A stretch of 64,000 nt of DNA from Squalus acanthias (Eukaryota), in assembly GCA_030390025.1 (NCBI GenBank), contig CM059438.1, positions 59,956,001-60,020,000 on the forward strand, read 5' to 3'. Shown here piece after piece: positions 49,915 to 60,846 of the stretch (its first letter is position 1; every line of letters begins with the position of its first letter). A program made the position numbers and the translations under genes. The notes under the pieces were generated by a model. That model had not been told where the DNA came from. It saw only the letters and a program-made list of their open reading frames with translations, and searched no databases.

Positions 49915-50505
49915 TATTTTATGATTCCTCTCAGGATGTGGACGATGCTGGCAGGCCGGGATTTAGTGCCCTGAGGGCATTAAAAGTCAACCATGTAAGG
50001 TGGGACTAGACTCATGTGTAGGCCAGACCGGGTAGAAGTGGCCCTGGAGTGAACCAGTTTTTACAACAAAACAGCAGCTTTCATGGTCATATTTCTTCAT
50101 GATGCGGAGATGCCGGTGTTGGACTGGGGTGGACAAAAGTGAGAAGTCGCACAACACCAGGTTATAGTCCAACAGTTTTATTTGAAATCACAAGCTTTCG
50201 GAGCGCTGCTCCTTCGTCAGGTGACCCCTACTGTAGCCTGCAAGGCCCAACTGATTCCCCCCGACCCCCACAATCTGAGCCGACCGCTTACCTGATGCAG
50301 CCTCCTCCTGCAGCGCCATCTGCATTATGCTGAGGTCGGAGGACCTGACGAAGGAGCAGCGCTCCAAAAGCTTGTGATTTCAAATAAAGCTGTTGGACTA
50401 TAACCTGGTGTTGTGCGACTTCTCATATTTCTTCATGCCAGCCCATAAATGATCAGCTTTATTGAATTGAATTTACAACTTGCTGTGGAGGGAATTGAAC
50501 TCAAG
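49915..50505 (-). mobile_element. Older SINE-like copy with family-A head/core and family-A tail, interrupted by a PLE
   Basis: Minus strand gagttcaattccc..ccatgaaagctg..ggtctggcctac..ggttgactttta, joined to ..gccagcatcgtccacatcc + A-rich tail. Confidence 0.6.
50102..50422 (-). mobile_element. Mini PLE insertion with inverted arms and a captured 123-bp spacer
   Basis: Arms 50140-50224 and 50343-50425 are inverted. TSD tcatatttcttcatg (50087-50101 / 50423-50437). Hammerhead intact at 50188-50224 (-) and mutated (GAAA to AAAA) in the other arm. Confidence 0.88.
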
Positions 50506-51083
50506 GGGGGTTAAATTCAGGAGCTCCCACTTATGGACACCTGCCCCCCCCACCACCACCCACAACCCAGCCTAGTGTTAGTACCCCGTGCACAAAGGGT
50601 GAGGTCTGAGGAGCCCCGGATATTGGTCCTCCGACCTCAGCATAATGCAGATGGCGCTGCGGGAGGAGGCTGCATCAGGTAAGCGGTCGGCTCAGATTGC
50701 GGGGGTCGGGGGGAATCAGTTGGGCCTCGCAGGCTACAGTAGGGGTCGGGGAGATGTCGGGGACGGAGTGGGAAGATCAGAGCCACAGAGAAGATCTCGG
50801 GGACCGAGGTGTGGGGGCGGGGGGCGCGGAGAGAGGGCTCAAAGGTCGAAGGCCTGGAGGTTAGGGCCGGGAGATCGAGGGGCCTGTAGGTTGGGGCCAG
50901 GGGGCCGAGGCCTGATACCGGGGATCTCGGGATCGCGAGTGATGGTGATCAGGACGGTGATGGTAAGTACTTACCTTTGTTACCTACGCGATGTTTAGAG
51001 TTGGTTTTCCGTGAGACAGCCCCGCCAGCGGGGCAATCCAAAGTCGCAGCAGCGACCTGAAGCAGGCGTTAGGTCCCTTATTT

Positions 51084-53088
51084 TAGGGTGACCATATTTT
51101 GTAAAGCGGAATACAGAAGCAAAATACTGCGGATGTTGGAAATCTGAAATAAAAACAGAAAATGCTGGGGATACTCATTAGGTCCGGCAGCATCTGTGGA
51201 GAGAGAAACAGAGTTGATGACCTTCCATCAGAATTGGAAAAAGTTCGAGGTATAACAGGTTTTAAGCAAGTACAGAGGCAGGGAAAGGGGGGAGGGGAGG
51301 AAAGAACAAAAGGGAAGGTCTGTGATAGGGTGGAAGGCAGGAGAGATTAAATGACAAAAGGGATGATGGTGCAAGGCAAAAGGGGATGGTAATGGGACAA
51401 TAAAAGAAACAAAAGATGGGTCTAGAGGAGGTCTAAATGGGAATAGCAAAATCATCAACAGCTACCATCCAAAAAAATAGGGGCAGAGGTTATGGTCTGA
51501 AATTGTTGAATTCAATGTTGAGTCCAGAAGGCTGTAAAGTGCCTAATCGAAAGATGAGGTGCTGTTCCTCGAGCTTAAGTTGAGCTTCATTGGAACAGTG
51601 TAGGAGGCCGAGGTCAGAGTGGGAGTGGAGCGGAGAATTAAAGTGACAGGCGACCAGAAGCTCGGGGTCACACTTACGAACTGAACAGAGGTGTTCCGCA
51701 AAGCGGTCACCCAAACTGCGTTTGATCTCCCCAATGTAGAGGAGACCGCATCATGAGCAGCGAATACAGTATACTAAATTGCAAGAAGTACAAGTAAATC
51801 GCTGTTTCACCTGGAAGGGAGGAGGTGAAAGGGCAGGTGTTGCATCTCCTGCACTTGCACGGGAAGGTGCCGTGGGAAGGGGAAGGGCTGTTGGGGGTGA
51901 TTGAGGAGTGGACCGGGGTGTCGCGGAGGGAACAGTCCCTTTGAAATGCTGAAAGGGGAGGGGAGGGGAAGATGTGTTTGGCGGTGGGATCACGCTGGAG
52001 GTGGCGGAAATGGCGGAGGATGATCCGTTGATCACCTCCTTATTGTGGTTCTGAGAGGGAGCGGAAGGGGTGAGAGCAGAAGTGTGGGAAATGGAGCGGA
52101 CATGGCCGAAAGCCCTGTCAACCACAGTAGAGAGGAATCCTTGGTTGAGGAAAAAGGAAGACATATCAGAAACACTTGTATGGAAGGTGGCATCGTCAGG
52201 ACAGATGCAACGGAAACGGAGAAACTGGGAGAATGGAATAGAGTCCTTACAGGAAGCAGGGTGGGAGGAAGTGTAGTCCAGGTAGCTGTGGGAGTCAGTG
52301 GGCTTATAGTGGATGTTTGTCGATAGCCTATCCCAGAAATGAAGACAGAGAAGTCAAGGAAGGGAAGGGAAGAGTCAGAGATGGACCGTGTGACGAAGTG
52401 TGAATGAAATTTTCCAATTCGGGGCGAGAGCGGGAAACGGCTCATCAATGTACCGGAAAAAGAGGTGAAGGAGGGGATCTGAGTAGGACTGGAACAAAGA
52501 ATGTTCCACATATCCCACAAAAAGGCAGGCATAGCTAGGACCCATGCGAGTTCCTATAGCAACACCTTTTATTTGAAGGAAGTGAGTGGAGTCAAAGGAG
52601 AAGTTGTTCAATGTGAGAACAGGTTCAGCCAGGCGGAGGAGGGTGGTGGTTGATGGGGACCAGTTGGGCCTCTGTTCAAGGAAGAAGTGAAGCGCCCTCA
52701 GGCCGCCCTGGTGGGGGATGGAGGTGTAGAGGGATTGGACGTAAATGGTGAAAAGGAGATGGTTAGGGCCAGGAAACTGGAAACTGTTAAAGTAGCAGAG
52801 GACGTTGGTAGAGTAGCGGATATAGGTGGGAAGAGACTGGATAAGAGGAGAAGAAATAGAGTTGAGATAAGAAGAAATCAGTTCCGTGGAGCAAGAACAG
52901 GCTGAAACGATGGGTCTACCAGGGCAGTCCTGTTTGTGGATCTTTAGAAGGAGATAGAAGCGGGCTAAACTGAATCCGGGGACACACAGGGTGGGAGCAC
53001 AGCAAAGTAGCCAGGACAGAAAATGTAGGTTGTGCAGCGTAACGCGGCAAAAATTTTAGCAGCCTATATTTCAACAGTTGCCCATATG

Positions 53089-53126
<38 letters not shown>

Positions 53127-53658
53127 AGATGTGATGTCACACTATTGAAGCGTATTCAGACACCTGACCACCTCCCCCCAGTGACTGAGGTCACACTTGA
53201 CCCGCACCCACCCCCCCACACCGTGATTGAGGTTACACCTGACCTCCCCCCATCACAGTGTCTTGGATTAGCCCGGACCTGCCTTCCCCCAGTGACTGTG
53301 ACCGGGCCCTCCCCAGCGGCCTCTCCCTCACCCGCTCCGGTTGCCGTGCTCCCAGACACTTCCTGCGCCAACAATCCAGCAGCACGAGCCCGGCTTAGAA
53401 ACAACACCCGGCACATGCGCAGAAAGACCGCCCAGTCGTGCATGCGCAGTGAGTCACTCTGGCCATTGTACAAGTTGTTGTTTAATTTAGCCTTCGAGCC
53501 ACAAACTGACAGCTCAGGGGGGTGCACTCACTGCCCAGGGGTACACTTCGGGGACGTGTTTTGTGAACCGGGAACTCTTCCCGGGACATTGTTTGCCCGG
53601 GGACACAGTACCTCATCCGGGGACTGTTCCCAAAAAACGGGGACCTTTGGTCACCCTA
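51084..53658. mobile_element. hAT nonautonomous element hosting a PLE, itself nested in a GC-rich MITE (about 50612-53825)
   Basis: TIR TAGGGTGACCA / TGGTCACCCTA with a perfect 8-bp TSD ccttattt (51076-51083 / 53659-53666). Subterminal ccgggac repeats. Confidence 0.85.
51115..52965 (-). mobile_element. Penelope-like retroelement, 5'-truncated (RT + GIY-YIG endonuclease pseudogene)
   Basis: RT: NNFSFDSTHFLQIKGVAIGTRMGPSYACLFVG..FFRYID. GIY-YIG: FTCTSCNLVYCIRCS*CGLLYIGE..RFAEHL..VACHFN..LGTLQPSGLN. Confidence 0.9.
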
Positions 53659-54280
53659 CCTTATTTGCATATGCACTGGGCCTCACGCCTGCTTCAGGAG
53701 GCAAGGGTAAAAGATGCCTCTTGTTCGGCCTTGCCCAAGTGGCGACGCTGCACATTTCCTGCCTACCATTTCGGGGCCTTAGGGGGCCTCGTAGCACCGG
53801 AAAAATGGTGACCAATTTGACCTCAATGACCCCTGAGTTTTGTTTTATTCGTTCCTGGGATGTTGCCGTTGCCGACAAGGCCAGCATTTATTGCCCATCC
53901 CTAATTGCCCTTGAGAAGGTGGTGTTGAGCTGCCTTCTTGAACCGCTGCAATCTATGCAGTGAAGTGACTCCTCTGAGTTGCTAGTGTAGTACCATATCA
54001 CTAGGCCTTCCTTGGTATTAATCGTCAGAGTCCAGACTCACAAGCATCTGTGGTTGTAACAGGCAAAACACCAGCTCAAGTCTTAGGGTAGTTCTGAAAA
54101 GCCAGGGTGCAAGGATCATCCTGCTCTCCTGGCATAGTCCCCGCTTCTCATTTATTCTCATTCACTCACTGTTTACGTGGGAATGTTCAGCTTTTCCAGC
54201 AACCACATGAATCGCCTCAACTTAACTATTTCTCAACTTTTATCCATTCCCTTTTATGCCTCCTCCAGCCATTTTCATCC

Positions 54281-56557
54281 TCTGTCCCTGTCACTCTCTG
54301 TATCTGTCCCTCTCACTCTCTATGTCTGTCCCTCTCACTCTCTGTGTCTGTCCCTCTCACTCTCTGTGTCTGTCCCTCTCACTCTCTGTGTCTGTCCCTG
54401 TCACTCTCAGTATCTGTCCCTGTCACTCTCAGTATCTGTCCCTCTCACTCTCTGTGTCTGTCCCTATCACTCTCTGAGTCTGTCCCTCTCACTCTCTGTG
54501 TCTGTCCCTCTCACTTTCTGTGTCTGTCCCTGTCACTCGCTGTGTCTGTCCCTCTCACTCTCTGTGTCTGTCCCTCTCACTCTCTGTGTCTGTCCCTGTC
54601 ACTCTCAGTATCTGTCCCTTTCACTCTCTGTGTCTGTCCCTCTCACTCTCTGTCCCTCTCACTCTCGGTGTCTGTCCCTTTCACTCTCTGTCCCTGTCCC
54701 TGTCACTCTCTATGTCTGTCCCTCTCACACTCTGTGTCTGTCCCTGTCACTCTCTGTGTCTGTCCCTGTCACTCTCTGTGTCTGTCCCTGTCACTCTCTG
54801 TGTCTATCCCTGTCACTCTCTGTGTCTGTCCCTATCACTCTCTGTGTCTGTCCCTGTCACTCTCTGTATCTGTCCCTGTCACTCTCTGTATCTGTCCCTG
54901 TCACTCTCTGTATCTGTCCCTGTCACTCTCTGTGTCTGTCCCTATCACTCTCTGTGTCTGTCCCTCTCACTCTCTGTGTCTGTCCCTGTCACTCTCTGTG
55001 TCTGTCCCTCTCACTCTCTGTGTCTGTCCCTCTCACTCTCTGTGTCTGTCCCTGTCACTCTCAGTATCTGTCCCTTTCACTCTCTGTGTCTGTCCCTCTC
55101 ACTCTCTGTCCCTCTCACTCTCGGTGTCTGTCCCTTTCACTCTCTGTCCCTGTCCCTCTCACTCTCTATGTCTGTCCCTATCACTCTCTGTGTCTGTCCC
55201 TGTCACTCTCTGTATCTGTCCCTGTCACTCTCTGTGTCTGTCCCTCTCACTCTCTGTGTCTGTCCCTGTCACTCTCAGTATCTGTCCCTCTCACTCTCGG
55301 TGTCTGTCCCTGTCACTCTCTGAGTCTGTCCCTCTCACTCTCTGTGTCTGTCCCTCTCACTTTCTGTGTCTGTCCCTGTCACTCGCTGTGTCTGTCCCTC
55401 TCACTCTCTGTGTCTGTCCCTCTCACTCTCTGTGTCTGTCCCTGTCACTCTCAGTATCTGTCCCTTTCACTCTCTGTGTCTGTCCCTCTCACTCTCTGTC
55501 CCTCTCACTCTCGGTGTCTGTCCCTTTCACTCTCTGTCCCTGTCCCTGTCACTCTCTATGTCTGTCCCTCTCACACTCTGTGTCTGTCCCTGTCACTCTC
55601 TGTGTCTGTCCCTGTCACTCTCTGTGTCTGTCCCTGTCACTCTCTGTGTCTATCCCTGTCACTCTCTGTGTCTGTCCCTATCACTCTCTGTGTCTGTCCC
55701 TGTCACTCTCTGTATCTGTCCCTGTCACTCTCTGTATCTGTCCCTGTCACTCTCTGTATCTGTCCCTGTCACTCTCTGTGTCTGTCCCTATCACTCTCTG
55801 TGTCTGTCCCTCTCACTCTCTGTGTCTGTCCCTGTCACTCTCTGTGTCTGTCCCTCTCACTCTCTGTGTCTGTCCCTCTCACTCTCTGTGTCTGTCCCTG
55901 TCACTCTCAGTATCTGTCCCTTTCACTCTCTGTGTCTGTCCTTCTCACTCTCTGTCCCTCTCACTCTCGGTGTCTGTCCCTTTCACTCTCTGTCCCTGTC
56001 CCTCTCACTCTCTATGTCTGTCCCTATCACTCTCTGTGTCTGTCCCTGTCACTCTCTGTATCTGTCCCTGTCACTCTCTGTGTCTGTCCCTCTCACTCTC
56101 TGTGTCTGTCCCTGTCACTCTCTGTGTCTGTCCCTCTCACTCTCTGTGTCTGTCCCTCTCACTCTCTGTGTCTGTCCCTGTCACTCTCAGTATCTGTCCC
56201 TTTCACTCTCTGTGTCTGTCCCTCTCACTCTCTGTCCCTCTCACTCTCGGTGTCTGTCCCTTTCACTCTCTGTCCCTGTCCCTCTCACTCTCTATGTCTT
56301 TCCCTCTCACTCTCTGTGTCTGTCCCTCTCACACTCTGTGTCTGTCCCTGTCACTCTCTGTGTCTGTCCCTGTCACTCTCTGTGTCTGTACCTGTCACTC
56401 TCTGTGTCTGTCCCTATCACTCTCTGTGTCTGTCCCTCTCACTCTCTGTGTCTGTCCCTCTCACTCTCTGTATCTGTCCCTGTCACACTCTGTGTCTGTC
56501 CCTGTCACTCTCTGTGTCTGTCCCTGTCACTCTCTGTGTCTGTCCCTCTCATTCTCT
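54281..56557. repeat. 22-bp pyrimidine-rich minisatellite (tctgtccctgtcactctctgtg)n with higher-order duplication
   Basis: Tandem ~22-nt units. Variant pattern recurs at an 846-bp offset (54520 vs 55366). Confidence 0.96.
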
Positions 56558-56689
56558 ACGTTTGTCCGGTCATTCCACCTTTGCTTCATACGAACATACG
56601 AAAAATAATGGACAGGACTGGTCGATCTAGTTTGTCCCATGTAGTTTTGATGCCTGGTGCATCATAATACAGGCACTCCCCAGTTGCTC

Positions 56690-57600
56690 AAAGTCATGTA
56701 ATCTTCTGGGAAGGGCAAAAAAACAGATAATAAAAATCCAGGTCAATTAGGGGAAAAAAATCTGGAAAATTCCTCTCCGACCCCATTAGGCGATCAAAAC
56801 TAGACCATGAGATCACATAGACCCTGATTTATACTACAGGATACTCTTGTACAAGGTGATCTCCGCCTCAGCCAGAAACCAGCTCTCTCCTGAAGGAATA
56901 CAGTGAACCAGTGTTCACCACAGGAGCCACCAACCTGTTCCACAGGACCACTACTCTCTGGGAAAAGAAGAACCGCCCAACATCCAACCTAGTTCTACCC
57001 CGACACAACTTGTAAACATGACCCCTGGTCCTCGCTAACCTATTGAATTGAAATAAATGGTCCACATGAACATAATCTAGTCCCTTCATTATTTTATAAA
57101 CCTCACTCAGATTGGCCCTGAGTCTACACTTCTCTAACGTGTATAGACCCAGCTCTTTGAGACTTTCTGGGTAACTAAGGTGTTTTAAACTGGGAATTAA
57201 TCTTGGAATTAATCTTGTGTCCCTCCTCTACACCCTTTCCAGAGCCTCAGTATCAACCGCCATGTGAGCGGACCATTACTGGACTAAGTATTCTAACTAA
57301 GGCCTAACCAAGGTTTTGTGCAAGGAGAAACTGGTAAGCCTTGTTTTCATAGAATCATAGAATGATACAGCTCAGAAGGAGGCCATTTGACACATCATGC
57401 CTGTGCCGGCTCTTTGAAAGAGCTCTCCAATTACTCATTGCCCTTTCCCCATAGCCCAGTAAATGTTTCCCCTTCAAGTATTTAAAGTGAATTGTTCTGT
57501 GAACACAACCAAGGACCTCATTTGCTTTAGTTATAGCTTCACGGCATTGGTCATGAACCTTGAGAGAATGATGCACTAAAACACCCAGATCTCTTTCTTT
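56690..57600 (-). mobile_element. Older CR1 LINE 3' region with a nested CR1 tail
   Basis: MKGLDYVHVDHLFQF..TRGHVYKL..FFSQRVVVLWNRL; SLKVHDQCREAITKANEVLGC. Similar to 46340-46760 (+). Confidence 0.75.
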
Positions 57601-58305
57601 CTGACCTTGTCATTGTCTGTGCCTCTGTCACCATCACTCTATGTCTATGTCATTCCCTGCCTCTGTGTTACAGATTTTGGGTCTGGCTTAGATATTTCTC
57701 AGGTACAACAGTGCTGATCACTCCTGTAAGTGGTCTGAGCATCTTATGCTCAGGAGTGTGCCCATACTGCCCAATATCTAATTATACAACAGTGTAACCC
57801 ATGGACCCCCTTGTGATTTGAACTGGATGTTGTGTCTGCTGCATGTGTCCTCACATGTGCCTGTCCAATCGTTCAGTAGGTGGACTGAGAACACGTGGGT
57901 GAGGCATTAGCTGCTTTATGTTACAGGCGGTAAGCAAACATACAGAGTAACAGTTGTAAACAAAGCTGACTTACTTCACTCAATTTTAAGTTTTGCCTCA
58001 ACAACTGAAAAAAGAAATAATATATTGCGTGCCCTGCGGTGCCTTTTGTGGGCTGATTTGCTTGTTTTGGCCATTACCTTTCTTTCTAGTCAACTTCTAA
58101 CTGCAAAAACGGACCTGCTACATCTTAGATTCAAGCCCAAGCTATGGCCTGCCCCTCACAGTCGCCTATTTAAAACCAGACTAAGATTTACAAGGATGAT
58201 ACCAGAACTGAGAGGGCACAACTATCAGGAAAGACTGAACAGGCTGGGTGTCTTTTCGCTAGGAAAGAAAAGACTGAGGGTGAACTAATAGAGGTCTTTA
58301 AAATT

Positions 58306-60846
58306 ATGAAAAAGGAAATAAGAGGGGCAAAGAGATGGTATGAGAATAGAATGGCAGTCAACATAAAAGGTAATCCAAAAGTCTTCTATAGGCATATAAA
58401 TAGTAAAAGGGTAGTAAGAGGAGGGGTGGGGCCGATTAGGGACCAAAATGGAGACCTATGTATGGAGGCAGAGGGTATGGCTGTGGTACTAAACATGTAC
58501 TCTTCATCTGTCTTCACTAAGGAAGAGAATGCTGCCATAGAAATAGTAAAGGAGGAGGTAGTGGAGATACTTGATAGGATAAAAATTGATAAAGAGTTGG
58601 TATTAGAAGGGCTGGCTGTACGTAAAGTAGATAAATCACCAGGAGCGGATGGGATGCATCCTAGGATGCTGAGGGAATTGAGGGAGGAAATCGCGGAGGT
58701 ACTTGCCATAATATTCGAATCCTCCTTAGATATGGGGGTAGTGCCAGAGGACTGGAGAATTGCAAATGTTACACCATTGTTCAAAAAAGGGTGTAAAGAT
58801 AAACCCAGCAACTACAGGCCAGTCAGTTTGACCTCAGTAGTGGGGAAACCTTTAGAAACAGTAATCAGGGACAAAATTAACAGTCACTTGGACAAGTGTG
58901 GATTAATTAAGGAAAGCCAGCACGGATTTGTTAAAGGCAAATCGTGTTTAACTAACTTGATTGAGTTCTTTGATGAGGTAACAGAGAGGGTTAATGAGGG
59001 TAATGCAGTTGACGTAGTGTACATGGATTTCCAAAAGGCGTTCGACAAAGTGCCATATAATAGGCTTGCCAGCAAAGTTAAAACCTATGGAATAAAAGGG
59101 ACAGTGGCAGCATGGATACAGAATTGGCTAAGTGATAGGAAACAGAGAGTAGTGGTGAACGGTTGTTTTTCGGACTGGAGGAAGTGGTGTTCCCCAGGGG
59201 TCGGTTCGAGGACCACTGCTTTTCTTGATATATATTAATGACTTGGACGTGGGTGTACAGGGCACAATTTCAAAATTTACAGATGACACAAAGCTTGGAA
59301 GTAAAGTGAACAGTGAGGAGGAGAGTGATAGGCTTCAGGAAGACATAGACAGGCTGGTGAAATGGGCGGACACATGGCAGATGAAATTTAATGCAGAAAA
59401 GTGTGAAGTGATACATTTTTGTAAAAAGAATGAGGAGAGGATATATAAACTAAATGGTACAATCCTGAAGGGGATGCACGAACAGAGAGACCGGGGGGGT
59501 GGGGGGGTATGTGTGCACAAATCGTTGAAGGTGGCAGGGCAGGTTAAGAAAGCAGTTAAAAAGGCTTACGGGATCCTGGGCTTCATAAATAGAGATATAG
59601 GCCCAGAAATTGATCTCGCTCTGTTCCCGCGGGGGTAAGGCTTCCCCGCGATCTCTCACTCCGCTTGTGCTTTTTCAGATCCAGCTCGCACGAACTTGAT
59701 GTTCCAGACATCAGCTGGGCAGTGCTTGCGTATCCCACCGGCATAGTGAATTCGTGCGAGCTGTGGGATCACGTGACTCAGTTAGAGCCAATGGCAGCAC
59801 ACCATCTTCCATTCATAAGTTTCACATACGTGCTGTGAAATCTATGAATCTTACACCCCCCCAAAATAACAGCTAAACCTCAATTAAATTTTTTTTAAAA
59901 ACCATCACATTAATAAAATAAGTATAGTTAAATAAATTAACCATTTTAAATAAAAAATTAAATTTTTGAAAAAATTTAAAATCTTTTAAAAAGTTATAAA
60001 AATAAACTTACCTGTCTTTAAAGTCTCTAAAAAGATATACCTGTTAAAAAAAATTCAAAAAAATACTTAATTCACTACTTACCTTGTTAAAAGTGGGTCT
60101 TACTCCTCCTTTTTCCATTTCTAAAATCTTCCGTACTTACCTGCGCGTCCAAAGCATGAAGTGCACAGCGTGCGCGCAGCCTGTAGCGCGCACGCGATGC
60201 ACCGAGGAACCGCCCCCTTTTCAAAAGACCAAGTGCCGGTTTTCAGCGCATGCGCAGGGCATGCAGAAAACCGGCAATTGGAGAGAGAATACGCGAGAGT
60301 ACGCAGTGCGTACTCTCGCGCAGCGGGATGAATTTTTGGCCCATTGAGTACAAAAGTGTGGAAATTATGATGAACTTGTATGAAACACTGGTTTGGCCCC
60401 AACTGGAGTACTGTGTCCAATTCTGGGCACCACACTTTAGGAAGGATGTGAAGGCCTTAGAGAGGGTGCAGAAAATATTTACAAGAATGATTCCAGGAAT
60501 GAGGAACTTCAGTTACGTTGATAGACTGGCGAAGCTGGGGTTGTTTTCCTTGGAGCAGAGAAGGTTGAGAGGAGATTTGAGATTTGATACAGGTGTTCAA
60601 AATCATGAGGGGTCTGGACAGAGTAGATAGAGGGAAACTGTTCCCATTGGCGGAAGGGTCGAGAACCAGAGGACACAGATTTAAGGTGACTGGCAAAAGA
60701 ACCGAAGGCGACATAAGAAAAAACTTCTTTACACAGCGAGTGGTTAAGATCTGGAATGCACTGCCTGAAAGGGTGGTGGAGGCAGATTCAATCACGCTTT
60801 CAAAAGGATAAGTATCTGAAGGAAAGAAATTTGCAGGGCTACGGGG
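58306..60846 (+). mobile_element. CR1/HER1 LINE, 5'-truncated, split by MITE copy 3
   Basis: KSPGADGMHPR..NYRPVSLTS..SQHGF..YMDFQKAFDKV..KFTDDTKL. The frame resumes at 60343 (IEYKS..LEYCVQFWAP). Confidence 0.92.
59600..60342 (-). mobile_element. ~743-bp MITE, PIF/Harbinger-like (copy 3)
   Basis: Reverse complement of 36264-37007. Flanks ata/att inside a CR1 ORF2. Confidence 0.88.

Noticed and set aside
53097..53963. 288-aa ORF
   Set aside because: Crosses the hAT TIR/TSD, a MITE and a LINE tail; no recognisable domain.
54107..56667. 833-, 817- and 433-aa Cys/Ser/Leu-rich ORFs
   Set aside because: Overlapping ORFs in all three frames of a stop-free 22-bp minisatellite; no coding signal.
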